From Piscinibacter sp. (GTDB lineage Bacteria > Pseudomonadota > Gammaproteobacteria > Burkholderiales > Burkholderiaceae_C): a stretch of DNA of 64,000 nt. Location of the stretch: assembly GCA_019635485.1 (NCBI GenBank), contig JAHBZL010000003.1, positions 169,087-233,086 on the forward strand, given 5' to 3'. Every line of letters starts with the position of its first letter. Position 1 is the first letter of the stretch. This document shows positions 35,270-45,261 of the stretch, in pieces. The translations under genes were made by a program, and so were the position numbers. The notes under the pieces were generated by a model that saw only the letters and a program-made list of their open reading frames with translations, did not search any database and had not been told where the DNA came from.

Positions 35270-37060
35270 ATGAGAACAACCTACTGCGGCCTCGTCAGTG
35301 AATCCCTGCTCGGGCAGACCGTCACGCTGGTCGGCTGGGCGCATCGCCGCCGCGACCACGGCGGCGTGATCTTCGTCGACCTGCGCGACCGCGAAGGCAT
35401 CGTGCAGGTCGTCTGCGACCCGGACCGCCCGGACATGTTCGCGATCGCCGAAGGCGTGCGCAACGAGTTCTGCCTGAAGATCGTCGGCAAGGTGCGCGAG
35501 CGGCCGGCCGGCACCTCCAACGCCAACATCACCAGCGGCAAGGTCGAGGTGCTGTGCCACGAGATCGAGGTGCTGAACCCGAGCGTGACGCCGCCGTTCC
35601 AGCTCGACGAGGAGAACCTGTCCGAGACCACGCGCCTGACGCACCGCGTGCTCGACCTGCGCCGCCCGCAGATGCAGCGCAACCTGATGCTGCGCTACCG
35701 GGTCGCGATGGAGGTGCGCAAGTTCCTCGACGCGAACGGCTTCATCGACATCGAGACGCCGATGCTGACCAAGAGCACGCCCGAGGGCGCGCGCGACTAC
35801 CTGGTCCCGAGCCGGGTGCACGACGGCATGTTCTTCGCGCTGCCGCAGTCGCCGCAGCTGTTCAAGCAGCTGCTGATGGTGGCCGGCTTCGACCGCTACT
35901 ACCAGATCACCAAGTGCTTCCGCGACGAGGACCTGCGCGCCGACCGCCAGCCCGAGTTCACGCAGATCGACATCGAGACCTCGTTCATGACCGAGGAGGC
36001 GATCCGCGCCATGTTCGAGGGCATGATCCGCAACGTCTTCCAGCAGGCCATCGGCGTCAAGCTGCCGGTGTTCCCGGTGATGGAGTACGCCGAGGCGATG
36101 CGCCTGTACGGCTCGGACAAGCCCGACCTGCGCGTCAAGCTCAAGTTCACCGACCTGACCGAGACGATGAAGGACGTCGAGTTCAAGGTCTTCTCCGGCC
36201 CGGCCAACGCGGCCGACGGGCGCGTCGTCGCGCTGCGCGTGCCCGGTGGCGGCGAGATGAGCCGCGGCGAGATCGATGCCTACACCGAGTTCGTCAAGAT
36301 CTACGGCGCCAAGGGGCTGGCCTGGATCAAGGTCAACGATGTCGCGAAGGGGCGCGAGGGCCTGCAGTCGCCGGTCGTCAAGAACCTGCACGACAAGTCA
36401 ATCGAGGAACTGATCGCCAAGACCGGCGCCTGCAACGGCGACCTGCTGTTCTTCGGCGCCGACAAGGCGAAGGTCGTCAACGACGCGATCGGCGCGTTGC
36501 GCGTGAAGATCGGCCACAGCGAGTTCGGCAAGGCCCACAAGCTCGTGCAGGGCGAGTGGGAGCCGCTGTGGGTGGTGGACTTCCCGATGTTCGAGCACGA
36601 CGACGACGCCCAGCGCTGGAACGCCGTGCACCACCCGTTCACGAGTCCGAAGGACGGCCACGAGGACTGGCTGGAGACCGACCCGGGCCGCTGCCTCGCG
36701 AAGGCCTACGACGTGGTGCTCAATGGCATCGAGCTCGGCGGCGGCTCGGTCCGTATCCACCGCGAGGAGGTGCAGAGCAAGGTGTTCCGCGCGCTGAAGA
36801 TCGGCGCCGAGGAGGCGCAGCTGAAGTTCGGCTTCCTGCTCGACGCGCTGAAGTACGGCGCGCCGCCGCATGGCGGCATCGCGATCGGGCTGGACCGCTT
36901 CGTGATGCTGATGACCGGCGCCGAGAGCCTGCGCGACGTGATCGCCTTCCCGAAGACCCAGCGTGCGCAGGACCTGCTGACCAACGCACCCAGCGAGGTC
37001 GACGAGAAGCAGCTGCGCGAACTGCACATCCGGCTGCGCAACCCGCAGCCCGCGCACTGA
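35270..37060 (+). CDS. aspS: Aspartate--tRNA ligase, probably non-discriminating
   Basis: [49 protein letters not shown]. Confidence 0.98.
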   Translation: MRTTYCGLVSESLLGQTVTLVGWAHRRRDHGGVIFVDLRDREGIVQVVCDPDRPDMFAIAEGVRNEFCLKIVGKVRERPAGTSNANITSGKVEVLCHEIEVLNPSVTPPFQLDEENLSETTRLTHRVLDLRRPQMQRNLMLRYRVAMEVRKFLDANGFIDIETPMLTKSTPEGARDYLVPSRVHDGMFFALPQSPQLFKQLLMVAGFDRYYQITKCFRDEDLRADRQPEFTQIDIETSFMTEEAIRAMFEGMIRNVFQQAIGVKLPVFPVMEYAEAMRLYGSDKPDLRVKLKFTDLTETMKDVEFKVFSGPANAADGRVVALRVPGGGEMSRGEIDAYTEFVKIYGAKGLAWIKVNDVAKGREGLQSPVVKNLHDKSIEELIAKTGACNGDLLFFGADKAKVVNDAIGALRVKIGHSEFGKAHKLVQGEWEPLWVVDFPMFEHDDDAQRWNAVHHPFTSPKDGHEDWLETDPGRCLAKAYDVVLNGIELGGGSVRIHREEVQSKVFRALKIGAEEAQLKFGFLLDALKYGAPPHGGIAIGLDRFVMLMTGAESLRDVIAFPKTQRAQDLLTNAPSEVDEKQLRELHIRLRNPQPAH

Positions 37061-37124
37061 GACCGCGCGGCGGCTCATGCAGAATCGGAGGGGCACCGTC
37101 GTGTGCCCCTTCGTCGTTTCTGCC

Positions 37125-37589
37125 ATGGCCAAGCCGTTCAAGATCCCGGAGTCGGTGCTGGTGGTGATCCACAGCCCGGCGCGCGAGGTGCTGCTGATCG
37201 AGCGCGCCGACCAGCCGGGCGCCTGGCAGAGCGTGACCGGCTCGCGGCACGACGCCGCCGAGGCGCTGGCGGACACCGCGGTGCGCGAGGTGGCCGAGGA
37301 GACCGGCATCGTCGTCGGCGATGCCCGGGTGCCGCGCACCGCGCTGGTCGACTGGCGGCTGCGCAACGTCTACGAGATCTTTCCGATCTGGGCACACCGC
37401 TACGCCCCCGGCACGACGCACAACACCGAACACGTCTACGGGCTGACGGTGCCGCGCGACATCCCGGTCACGCTCAGCCCGCGCGAGCACACCGCCTGGC
37501 GCTGGCTGCCGTGGCGCGAGGCGGCCGACGCCTGCTTCTCGTTCTCGAACGCCGAAGCGATCCTGCAACTGCCCCGCTTCGCGCCGTGA
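37125..37589 (+). CDS. nudB: Dihydroneopterin triphosphate diphosphatase (Nudix)
   Basis: KIPESVLVV, WQSVTGS, REVAEETG, NTEH; downstream of aspS. Confidence 0.92.
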   Translation: MAKPFKIPESVLVVIHSPAREVLLIERADQPGAWQSVTGSRHDAAEALADTAVREVAEETGIVVGDARVPRTALVDWRLRNVYEIFPIWAHRYAPGTTHNTEHVYGLTVPRDIPVTLSPREHTAWRWLPWREAADACFSFSNAEAILQLPRFAP

Positions 37590-38374
37590 GACCCGTCGCC
37601 CCACCCACCCACCCTGGCGAGACGCTGCGCGTCGCCACGTACAACATCCACAAGGGCGTGCGCGGGGTCGGGCCGCGCCGCCGGCTGGAGATCCACAACC
37701 TCGGCCTGGGCATCGAGGCGCTCGACGCCGACCTGGTGTTCCTGCAGGAGGTGCGCAACTTCCACCACGGCGATGCGCGCCGCTTCGAGCGCACCTGGTT
37801 CGGCTGGCCGCGCGAGAGCCAGGCCGAGTTCCTGGCGCCGGAAGGCTACGAGGTCGCCTACCGGACCAATGCCGTGACGCGCGACGGCGAGCACGGCAAC
37901 GCGCTGCTGTCGCGCTGGCCGCTGGGCGACATCGGCCACCACGACGTGTCCGACCACCGCTTCGAGCAGCGCGGGCTGCTGCACGTGCCGGTGCACTGGC
38001 ACGGCCAGCGCCTGCACGCCGTCGTGGCGCACCTCGGCCTGATGCATGCCAGCCGCGTGCGCCAGGTCGAGCGCATCGCGGCGTTCATCGCGGCCCATGT
38101 GCCGGAGGGCGAGCTGCTGATCGTCGCCGGCGACTTCAACGACTGGGGCGAGCGCCTCGACGCGCCGATGCGCGCCTGCGGCCTGCGCCGTGCCGCCGTC
38201 GAGGGCGCGGCCGGGGCGCGCATGAACACCTTCCCGTCGCGCGTGCCGGTGTTCTCGCTGGACCGCATCTACACGCGCGGGCTGCGCTGCCTCTCGACCA
38301 CCGTGCCGCGCGGCACCGCCTGGGCCCGCATGTCCGACCACCTGCCGCTGCTCGCCGAGCTGACGCCCGCCTGA
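37586..38374 (+). CDS. Endonuclease/exonuclease/phosphatase family protein (YbhP-like)
   Basis: TYNIHKG, FLQEV, HGNALLS, AGDFND, SDHLP; GTGA overlap with nudB. Confidence 0.9.
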   Translation: MRPVAPPTHPGETLRVATYNIHKGVRGVGPRRRLEIHNLGLGIEALDADLVFLQEVRNFHHGDARRFERTWFGWPRESQAEFLAPEGYEVAYRTNAVTRDGEHGNALLSRWPLGDIGHHDVSDHRFEQRGLLHVPVHWHGQRLHAVVAHLGLMHASRVRQVERIAAFIAAHVPEGELLIVAGDFNDWGERLDAPMRACGLRRAAVEGAAGARMNTFPSRVPVFSLDRIYTRGLRCLSTTVPRGTAWARMSDHLPLLAELTPA

Positions 38375-39624
38375 TGCCGCATGCGCTGCGCCCGGACCAC
38401 GAGCTGAAGCTGCTGTCCGGCGGCGAGCAGCTGTTCCCGGCGCTGGCCGCCGCGGTCGACGCCGCGCGCAGCGAGGTGATGCTCGAAACCTACATCTTCG
38501 ACTTCAGCCGCTCGGTGATCCCGGTTGCCGAGGCGCTCGAGCGGGCCGCCTCGCGCGGCGTGACGGTGCGCGTCGTCGTCGACGGCGTCGGCACCGGCGA
38601 GATCCCCGCCGCCTGGCGCGAACGCTGGGCCGCCGCCGGCGTGCGCTGGCGCGTCTTCAATCCGGTGCACGGCTGGCGCCTGCTGATGCCGCGCCACTGG
38701 CGCCGGCTGCACCGCAAGCTGTGCGTCGTCGATGCGGAGATCGCCTTCTGCGGCGGCATCAACCTGCTGGACGACTACTGGGACCCGAACCACGGCGAGC
38801 TGGTCGAGCCGCGCCTGGACTTCGCGGTGCGTGTCACCGGCCCGCTGGTGGCCGACGTGCACGACACGATGACACGCCTGTGGTGGCGCCTGCAGGTGGC
38901 GCGCGAGACGCGCCAGCGCGACTTCGAGGGCGCGCTGCGGGCGGTGCGCGCCGTCGCCCGCGCGGGCCTGGACGAGCGCGTGCGCGACAGCCGGCTGCTC
39001 GCCGACGGACTCGGCGCTGGCGCGGCGGCCCCGGCGCGCGGGCCGCTGGCGGCGCTGGTGCTGCGCGACAACCTGCGCTTCCGGCGCCGCATCGAGGGCA
39101 CCTACCGGCTCGCGATCGCGCAGGCGCGCAGCGAGATCCTGATCGCCAACGCCTACTTCGTGCCCGGCGTGCAGCTGCAGCGGGCGCTGCTGCGCGCCGC
39201 GCGGCGTGGCGTGCGCGTCACGCTGCTGCTGCAGGGGCGCTACGAGTACTTCATGCAGTACCACGCGAGCCGCGCCGTCTACGACCAGCTGCTGCACGCC
39301 GGCATCCGCATCGTCGAGTACAACGCCAGCTTCCTGCACGCCAAGGTGGCGGTGATGGACGCGCCGGAGGGCGCGCTGTCGACGGTCGGCTCGTCCAACC
39401 TCGATCCGCTCAGCCTGCTGCTGGCCCGCGAGGCGAACGTGTTCGTGCGCGACGAGCCGTTCGCCGCCGAGCTGCGCGCCCACCTGCAGCGTGCGCTGCA
39501 GCTCCAGGGCCGCGAGGTCGACGAGCACACGCACCGGCGGCGGCCGCTGCTGACGCGCATCGGCAACTGGGTGGCGTACGGGCTGATGCGCGTGGCGCTG
39601 CTGGTGACCGGCAAGCGGTATTGA
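38374..39624 (+). CDS. clsB: Cardiolipin synthase B
   Basis: Two HKD motifs (HRKLCVVD, HAKVAVMD), GGIN, ANAYF, GSSN; follows the ybhP-like gene. Confidence 0.9.
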   Translation: MPHALRPDHELKLLSGGEQLFPALAAAVDAARSEVMLETYIFDFSRSVIPVAEALERAASRGVTVRVVVDGVGTGEIPAAWRERWAAAGVRWRVFNPVHGWRLLMPRHWRRLHRKLCVVDAEIAFCGGINLLDDYWDPNHGELVEPRLDFAVRVTGPLVADVHDTMTRLWWRLQVARETRQRDFEGALRAVRAVARAGLDERVRDSRLLADGLGAGAAAPARGPLAALVLRDNLRFRRRIEGTYRLAIAQARSEILIANAYFVPGVQLQRALLRAARRGVRVTLLLQGRYEYFMQYHASRAVYDQLLHAGIRIVEYNASFLHAKVAVMDAPEGALSTVGSSNLDPLSLLLAREANVFVRDEPFAAELRAHLQRALQLQGREVDEHTHRRRPLLTRIGNWVAYGLMRVALLVTGKRY

Positions 39625-39629
39625 CATGG

Positions 39630-39675
39630 ATCACCCCCGGAGCGCCTGCGGCGCCGGGTCCGCGGCGGCCGCTGG
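39630..39675. repeat. Internally deleted copy of the ~85-bp GC hairpin repeat
   Basis: Left arm CCCCCGGAGCGCCTGCGGCGCC fused to right arm GCCGGGTCCGCGGCGGCCGCT, matching the reverse complement of copies 1 and 2. Confidence 0.7.
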
Positions 39676-40716
39676 ATGGAGCCGGAGATCGTGAACGGCA
39701 CGGATCTCGTCGTGCAGCGGCCGGAGGGGTTGTACTGCCCGGCGGGCGACTTCTACATCGACCCGTGGCGGCCGGTCGAGCGTGCCGTGCTCACGCACGC
39801 GCATGCCGACCATGCCCGGCGCGGCAGTGCCCACTACCTCGCGGCCGCGCCGGCCGAAGGGGTGCTGCGGGCGCGGCTGGGCGAGATCACGCTGCAGCCG
39901 CTGGCCTACGGCGAAACCGTCGAGCACCGCGGCGTGCGCATCAGCCTGCATCCCGCCGGCCATGTGCTGGGCTCGGCGCAGGTGCGGCTCGAGCAGGGCG
40001 GCCGGGTGTGGGTGGCGTCGGGTGACTTCTTCGTCAGCGGTGCGGGTGACCGCAACCCGACCTGCGCCCCGTTCGAGCCGGTGCGCTGCGACTGCTTCAT
40101 CACCGAATCGACCTTCGGGCTGCCGATCTACCGCTGGCGGCCGCAGCACGAGGTGCTGGCCGAGATCGACGCGTGGTGGCGCGCGAACGCCGAGGCCGGC
40201 CGCGCCAGCGTGCTGTTCGCCTACAGCTTCGGCAAGGCGCAGCGGCTGCTGGCCGGCGTCGACGCGCAGATCGGGCCGATCGTCGTGCACGGGGCGGTGC
40301 AGCTGCTCAACGACGCGTACCGGCAGGCCGGCGTCGCCCTGCCGCCGACGCAGCTCGGCACCGAGGTCGTCGACCGCGCCGTGCTGCAGCGCGCGCTGGT
40401 GGTCGCCCCACCATCGGTGCAGGGCACGCCCTGGCTGCGGCGCTTCGGCGACTACAGCGATGCCTTCGCCAGCGGCTGGATGCAACTGCGCGGCACGCGG
40501 CGCCGGCAGGGCGTCGACCGCGGCTTCGTGCTGTCCGACCACGCCGACTGGCCCGGCCTGCATGCGGCCATCGACGCGAGCGGCGCGTCGCGCGTGATCG
40601 TCACGCACGGCTACGAGGCGGTGATGGTGCGCGCGCTGGCCGAACGCGGCCTGCAGGCCGGCGCGTTCGCGACCGAGTATGGCGACGCGGCGCTGGAGGG
40701 GGACGGCGCGGCATGA
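39676..40716 (+). CDS. Ligase-associated DNA damage response exonuclease (MBL/beta-CASP-like)
   Basis: GLYC..GDFYIDPW, THAHADH, AGHVLGS, TESTFGLP, ASGWM, LSDHADW, VTHG; alternative GTG start at 39691. Confidence 0.92.
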   Translation: MEPEIVNGTDLVVQRPEGLYCPAGDFYIDPWRPVERAVLTHAHADHARRGSAHYLAAAPAEGVLRARLGEITLQPLAYGETVEHRGVRISLHPAGHVLGSAQVRLEQGGRVWVASGDFFVSGAGDRNPTCAPFEPVRCDCFITESTFGLPIYRWRPQHEVLAEIDAWWRANAEAGRASVLFAYSFGKAQRLLAGVDAQIGPIVVHGAVQLLNDAYRQAGVALPPTQLGTEVVDRAVLQRALVVAPPSVQGTPWLRRFGDYSDAFASGWMQLRGTRRRQGVDRGFVLSDHADWPGLHAAIDASGASRVIVTHGYEAVMVRALAERGLQAGAFATEYGDAALEGDGAA

Positions 40717-42410
40717 AGCGCTTCGCCGCGCTGTTCGCCGAGCTCGACGCGAGCACCGCCACGACCGCGAAGGTCGCCGCGCTGCAGCGCTACTTCGCCG
40801 AGGCCGCGCCGGCCGATGCCGCCTGGGCCACCTACTTCCTGGCCGGCGGCAAGCCGCGCCAGGTGCTGCCGACGGCCGTCCTGCGGGTGCTCGCCTGCAC
40901 GCGCGCCGGCATCGCCGACTGGCTCTTCGAGGAGTGTTACCAGGCGGTCGGCGACCTCGCCGAGACCATCGCGCTGGTGCTGCCGCCGCCGGCGCGGACG
41001 GTCGACCTCGGGCTCGCGGACTGGGTCGAGCAGCGCCTGCTGCCCTTGCGCGGTGCCGCCGCGGAAGACCAGGCGCGGCAGGTCGCGCAGTGGTGGGACG
41101 AACTCGACACCGCCGGCCGCTTCCTGCTCGTCAAGCTGATCGGTGGCGGTTTCCGCGTCGGCGTCAGCAAGCTGCTCGTGCAGCGGGCCCTGGCGGCCGG
41201 GGCGGGACTCGACGCCAAGCTCGTCGCGCAGCGCATGATGGGCTACACCGACGCGCAGCGCCGCCCGGACGCGGCCGCCTTCGCCGCGCTGGTCGCGCCG
41301 GCGGCCGGTTCGCGGGTCGAGGGCGGTCAGCCCTATCCGTTTTTCCTGGCGCACGCGCTGGACGCTGCGCCGGCGGAGTTCGAGGCCCGCCTCGGCGCCG
41401 CGGCGGACTGGCTGGTGGAATGGAAGTACGACGGCATCCGCGCGCAGCTCGTTCGGCGCGCGGGTGAGGTGTGGATCTGGTCGCGCGGCGAGGAGCTGGT
41501 CACCGAACGCTTCCCGGAGATCGTCGGCGCGGCGCGGGCGCTGCCCGACGGCACGGTGCTGGACGGCGAGATCGTGGTCTGGAAGGAGGCGCGTCCGGCG
41601 CCCTTCAACCTGCTGCAGCAGCGCATCGGCCGCAAGACGCTGACACGCAAGGTGCTGGCCGATGCGCCGGTCGCCTTCATCGCCTACGACCTGCTCGAGT
41701 CGGACGGGCAGGACCGGCGCGGCGAGCCGCAGCAGCAGCGCCGGGAGCGGCTGGTGGCGGCGGTCGACGGCACGGCGCTGCAGCTGTCGCCGCTCGTCGC
41801 GGCGGCCGACTGGCCCGACTATGCGACGTTGCGCCGCAACTCACGCGAACGCGGCGTGGAAGGCTTCATGCTCAAGCACCGCGCGGCACGCTACGGCAGC
41901 GGCCGCACCAAGGCCGACGGCACCTGGTGGAAGTGGAAGATCGAGCCGCTGTCCGTCGATGCCGTGCTGGTCTACGCGCAGGCCGGCCATGGCCGCCGCG
42001 CGAGCGTCTACACCGACTACACGTTTGCCGTCTGGAACCGTGCGCCGGCGGACGCGGCGGAGGCGGCGGCGGTGCTCGATGCGATCGGCCGCCGCGAGCC
42101 GGCGGTGCCGGGCGCGCTGCAGCTGGTGCCGTTCGCGAAGGCGTACTCGGGGCTGTCGGACGCCGAGTTCGCCGAGGTCGACCGCGTGATCCGGCAGACC
42201 ACGCTGGAGAAGTTCGGCCCGGTGCGCAGCGTGCGGCCGACGCTGGTGTTCGAGCTCGCGTTCGAGGGCATCAATCGCAGCACGCGGCACAAGAGCGGCA
42301 TCGCGGTGCGCTTCCCGCGCATGCTGCGCCTGCGTCGCGACAAGCCGCTGCACGAGGCCGACACGCTGGCGACGCTGGAAGCGCTGCTGGCGCATCCTGC
42401 ATCGGCGTGA
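40713..42410 (+). CDS. ATP-dependent DNA ligase
   Basis: EWKYDGIR adenylation motif, LDGE, EGFMLK, WWKWK, VRFPR; ATGA overlap with the exonuclease. Confidence 0.95.
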   Translation: MKRFAALFAELDASTATTAKVAALQRYFAEAAPADAAWATYFLAGGKPRQVLPTAVLRVLACTRAGIADWLFEECYQAVGDLAETIALVLPPPARTVDLGLADWVEQRLLPLRGAAAEDQARQVAQWWDELDTAGRFLLVKLIGGGFRVGVSKLLVQRALAAGAGLDAKLVAQRMMGYTDAQRRPDAAAFAALVAPAAGSRVEGGQPYPFFLAHALDAAPAEFEARLGAAADWLVEWKYDGIRAQLVRRAGEVWIWSRGEELVTERFPEIVGAARALPDGTVLDGEIVVWKEARPAPFNLLQQRIGRKTLTRKVLADAPVAFIAYDLLESDGQDRRGEPQQQRRERLVAAVDGTALQLSPLVAAADWPDYATLRRNSRERGVEGFMLKHRAARYGSGRTKADGTWWKWKIEPLSVDAVLVYAQAGHGRRASVYTDYTFAVWNRAPADAAEAAAVLDAIGRREPAVPGALQLVPFAKAYSGLSDAEFAEVDRVIRQTTLEKFGPVRSVRPTLVFELAFEGINRSTRHKSGIAVRFPRMLRLRRDKPLHEADTLATLEALLAHPASA

Positions 42411-42470
42411 CACGCCGACACGAAACGACACTTGGGCGCGTGCAGAATGTCGTGCTCAATGGAGAGGACG

Positions 42471-43226
42471 ATGAAACCTGCCGCAAGACGTGCCGGGTGG
42501 GGCGCACTGCTGACGCTTGCCTTGAGTGGCTGCATGGGCACCGAGCCGGACAAGCCGAAACCCCGCCTGGAGGCGCTCAGCGCGCCCGGGGGCGACTTCG
42601 CGCAGACCCGCATCGGCACGCGCAAGGTGCTCGAATTCGCCCTTCGCAACAGCGATGCCGGCTTCAAGTCGGTGGAGACGCTGAAGGACATCGCGATCTC
42701 GGTCAGCGGCAGCGCCGTCTCACTGAGCCACACCTGCCCGACCAGTTTGGAGGAGGGCGAATCCTGCCTGATCTCGGTGATCTTCCAGCCTACCGACGTC
42801 GGCACGATGTCCGGCCAGCTGCGCGTGGCCAGCAGCAACGCCGAGGAGGGCACGATCGCCGTGGGCCTGGCCGGCAGCAGCGTCACCGCGCTGGACCCGG
42901 CCCAGGGGGCCGTGGTGTTCAGCGGCGACACGTCGACCGACTTCAGCGTGAGCGTGGGCAAATCGGTGAAGAAGACCTACACGGTGCGCAACGTGGGCAA
43001 CGCCACCGACACGCTGACGATCAGCGGCCCGGGTGCCGACGACATTGGCTGGAGCTTCACGCACAACTGCGGGGAGACGCTCGCCGCGGACGCGACCTGC
43101 ACGCTGGACGTGACCTTCTCGTCGACCGCCAGGGGAACGTCGGTGCCGACCGCCGTCGTCGTCGAGGACGCCTACAACAAGGACTACGGCCGGCTGCGGC
43201 TGCAGCCCGTCGGCATCGCGCAGTAG
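42471..43226 (+). CDS. Lipoprotein with two Ig-like (choice-of-anchor D/ASH-like) domains
   Basis: Lipobox LSGC; duplicated C-x(9)-C-x-(I/L)-x-V-x-F pattern; beta-rich composition. Confidence 0.7.
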   Translation: MKPAARRAGWGALLTLALSGCMGTEPDKPKPRLEALSAPGGDFAQTRIGTRKVLEFALRNSDAGFKSVETLKDIAISVSGSAVSLSHTCPTSLEEGESCLISVIFQPTDVGTMSGQLRVASSNAEEGTIAVGLAGSSVTALDPAQGAVVFSGDTSTDFSVSVGKSVKKTYTVRNVGNATDTLTISGPGADDIGWSFTHNCGETLAADATCTLDVTFSSTARGTSVPTAVVVEDAYNKDYGRLRLQPVGIAQ

Positions 43227-43238
43227 GGGCGACGCCGC

Positions 43239-44306
43239 TCAGCGCCCGAGCAGCCCGCGGATCACCCCGCCCACACCCTCCACCACGCCGCCGAGGCTGA
43301 CGCCGAGCGTTTCGGCGAGGCCGCCCGCCACGCGCGTGGCGAGGTTGTCGTTGATGGAGAAGGCCGGGTCGTCGAGCCGGCCGTCGAGCGTGAACCTGAA
43401 ATCGATGCGGCCGTCGCGCTGCATCGCCGCGAGCACCGCCTGGCGCGGCACGCCGGCGAAGGTGGAGAGCAGGCCGCCGCCGCTGGCCAGCTCCAGGCCG
43501 GTCAGCGTCAGCCGCCCGGGGGCGTGCAGGTGCTGGGCCTTGACCGTCGCATCGAGCTGCAGGTCCAGCGTGCCGCGCCGTACGCCGCCCTCGTTGACCT
43601 TGAGCAGGTAGGGCTGCAGGGCCACGAGATCGACGCCGTGCACGCTGGCCTTCAGCGATGCATCGCGGCTGGCGGCCGTGAGCCAGCCGGACAGCGCCAG
43701 CGTGCCGTCGCGTTGCGGCCCTTTCAGGCGCGCCTGCAACTCGACGTCCGTCGCCCGATCGAGGGCCGGCCAGGCGATCGGACCGACCCCTGCATCCAGC
43801 GCCTCGAGCCGCACGCGGTGCGGGACCTGGCGCACGCTGGCGTCGAAGAAGTCGATCGTCGTGCCCGCCAGTTCGACATGCGCGAGGTCGACTTGCACCG
43901 GCGTGCCAGCCGATCCGGTCGACGGGCGCTCGAGCAGTGCGGGCAGCAGGCGCAGCTTGCCCTGGCGCGTGCGCAGCAGCGACAGGTAACCCTGCTCGAT
44001 CTCGATCCGGCGAATCTGCCAGCGGCCGCTCCACAGGCTGGCCATCGAGGGGCTGACGCGCACCCGAGCCGCGCGCAGTTCGTCTTCGGCGGGCCAGCCC
44101 GCCGCGGCGCGCACGCGCAGGTCGCGCAGCTCGAGTCCGTACCAGCCGAGCGCGACATTGCCGATGCTCGCGCGCGGGCCGAGCGCCTGCTGCAGCACGA
44201 CTTCCAGGCGCTGCGCGGCCAGCCGCAGGCCGGCGAGTGCCGCGACGGCCAGCGCCGCCAGCACACCCAACGCGATCCACCACCGGCGACGTCCGACGCT
44301 GCTCAC
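43239..44306 (-). CDS. DUF748/AsmA-like protein
   Basis: N-terminal TM segment, DLVALQPY, GTLDLQLD, FTLDGRLDDPAFS; GTG start. Confidence 0.8.
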   Translation of the reverse strand: MSSVGRRRWWIALGVLAALAVAALAGLRLAAQRLEVVLQQALGPRASIGNVALGWYGLELRDLRVRAAAGWPAEDELRAARVRVSPSMASLWSGRWQIRRIEIEQGYLSLLRTRQGKLRLLPALLERPSTGSAGTPVQVDLAHVELAGTTIDFFDASVRQVPHRVRLEALDAGVGPIAWPALDRATDVELQARLKGPQRDGTLALSGWLTAASRDASLKASVHGVDLVALQPYLLKVNEGGVRRGTLDLQLDATVKAQHLHAPGRLTLTGLELASGGGLLSTFAGVPRQAVLAAMQRDGRIDFRFTLDGRLDDPAFSINDNLATRVAGGLAETLGVSLGGVVEGVGGVIRGLLGR

Positions 44307-44359
44307 GCCGCCATTGTCGCGGCAGCGCCCGCCGCCTGCCGGCGTGCTACCGTGGCCCG

Positions 44360-45214
44360 ATGCCCGCGGTCGTCGATCCCTTCACGCCTTCCGGAGCGGC
44401 CATGTCCTTCACGCGTCTGGCCGGCATCGATTTCACCAGCCGGCCGACGGCGCGCAAGCCGATCACCGTCGCGCTGGGTGTCGGGCACGCGGGCGGGGTC
44501 CGGCTCGAGCGTGTCGAGACGCATGCGAGTTTCGAGTCGTTCGCGGCCTGGCTGCGCTCGCCGGGGCCGTGGCTGGGCGCGTTCGACTTCCCGTTCGGCC
44601 TGCCGCGTGAACTGGTCGAGGCGCTGGGCTGGCCGCGCGAGTGGCTGGCGCTGATCAACCACTATGCGGCGCTGCCACGCGCCGTCGTGCGCGACACCTT
44701 CGCGGCGTTCTGCGCGGCGCGGCCCGCGGGCCGCAAGTTCGCGCATCGCGCCTGCGATGGACCGGCCGGCTCGTCGCCGTCGATGAAGTGGGTCAATCCG
44801 CCGGTCGCCTACATGCTGCATGCGGGCGTCCCGCTGCTGATCGAAGCCGGGCTGCACTTGCCGGGGCTGCACGCCGGCGACCCCGCACGTGTCGCGCTCG
44901 AGGCCTATCCCGGGCTGCTGGCGCGCGAGCTGATCGGCCAGCGCTCCTACAAGAGCGACGAGGCCGCGAAGCAGACGCCGGCGCGTCTGATCGCCCGCAA
45001 GGACCTGCTCGAGGCGCTCGAGCAGGGGCGTACGCGCTTGGGCCTGCGGCTGCGCCTGAGCCACGCCTGGCGCGACGCCCTGGTCGCCGACGCGAGCGGC
45101 GACCAGCTCGACGCGGTGCTGTGCCTGCTGCAGGCCGGCTGGGCGGCCGGCCGGCCCGGTTTCGGCCTGCCGGCGAATGTCGACCCGCTGGAGGGTTGGA
45201 TCGTCAGCGCGTGA
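44360..45214 (+). CDS. DUF429 domain protein (predicted RNase H-like nuclease)
   Basis: GIDFTS, FDFPFGLP, EAYP, DQLDAV, EGWI; alternative start 44402. Confidence 0.82.
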   Translation: MPAVVDPFTPSGAAMSFTRLAGIDFTSRPTARKPITVALGVGHAGGVRLERVETHASFESFAAWLRSPGPWLGAFDFPFGLPRELVEALGWPREWLALINHYAALPRAVVRDTFAAFCAARPAGRKFAHRACDGPAGSSPSMKWVNPPVAYMLHAGVPLLIEAGLHLPGLHAGDPARVALEAYPGLLARELIGQRSYKSDEAAKQTPARLIARKDLLEALEQGRTRLGLRLRLSHAWRDALVADASGDQLDAVLCLLQAGWAAGRPGFGLPANVDPLEGWIVSA

Positions 45215-45217
45215 GTG

Positions 45218-45255
45218 ATTTCTGTATTGACAGAAATAAACGACAGGACTAGATT
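45218..45255 (+). promoter_or_regulatory. Sigma70 promoter with overlapping palindromic operator
   Basis: TTGACA(45227)-N17-TAGATT(45250); inverted repeat ATTTCTGT-N4-ACAGAAAT covers the -35. Confidence 0.8.
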
Positions 45256-45261
45256 GGCGCC

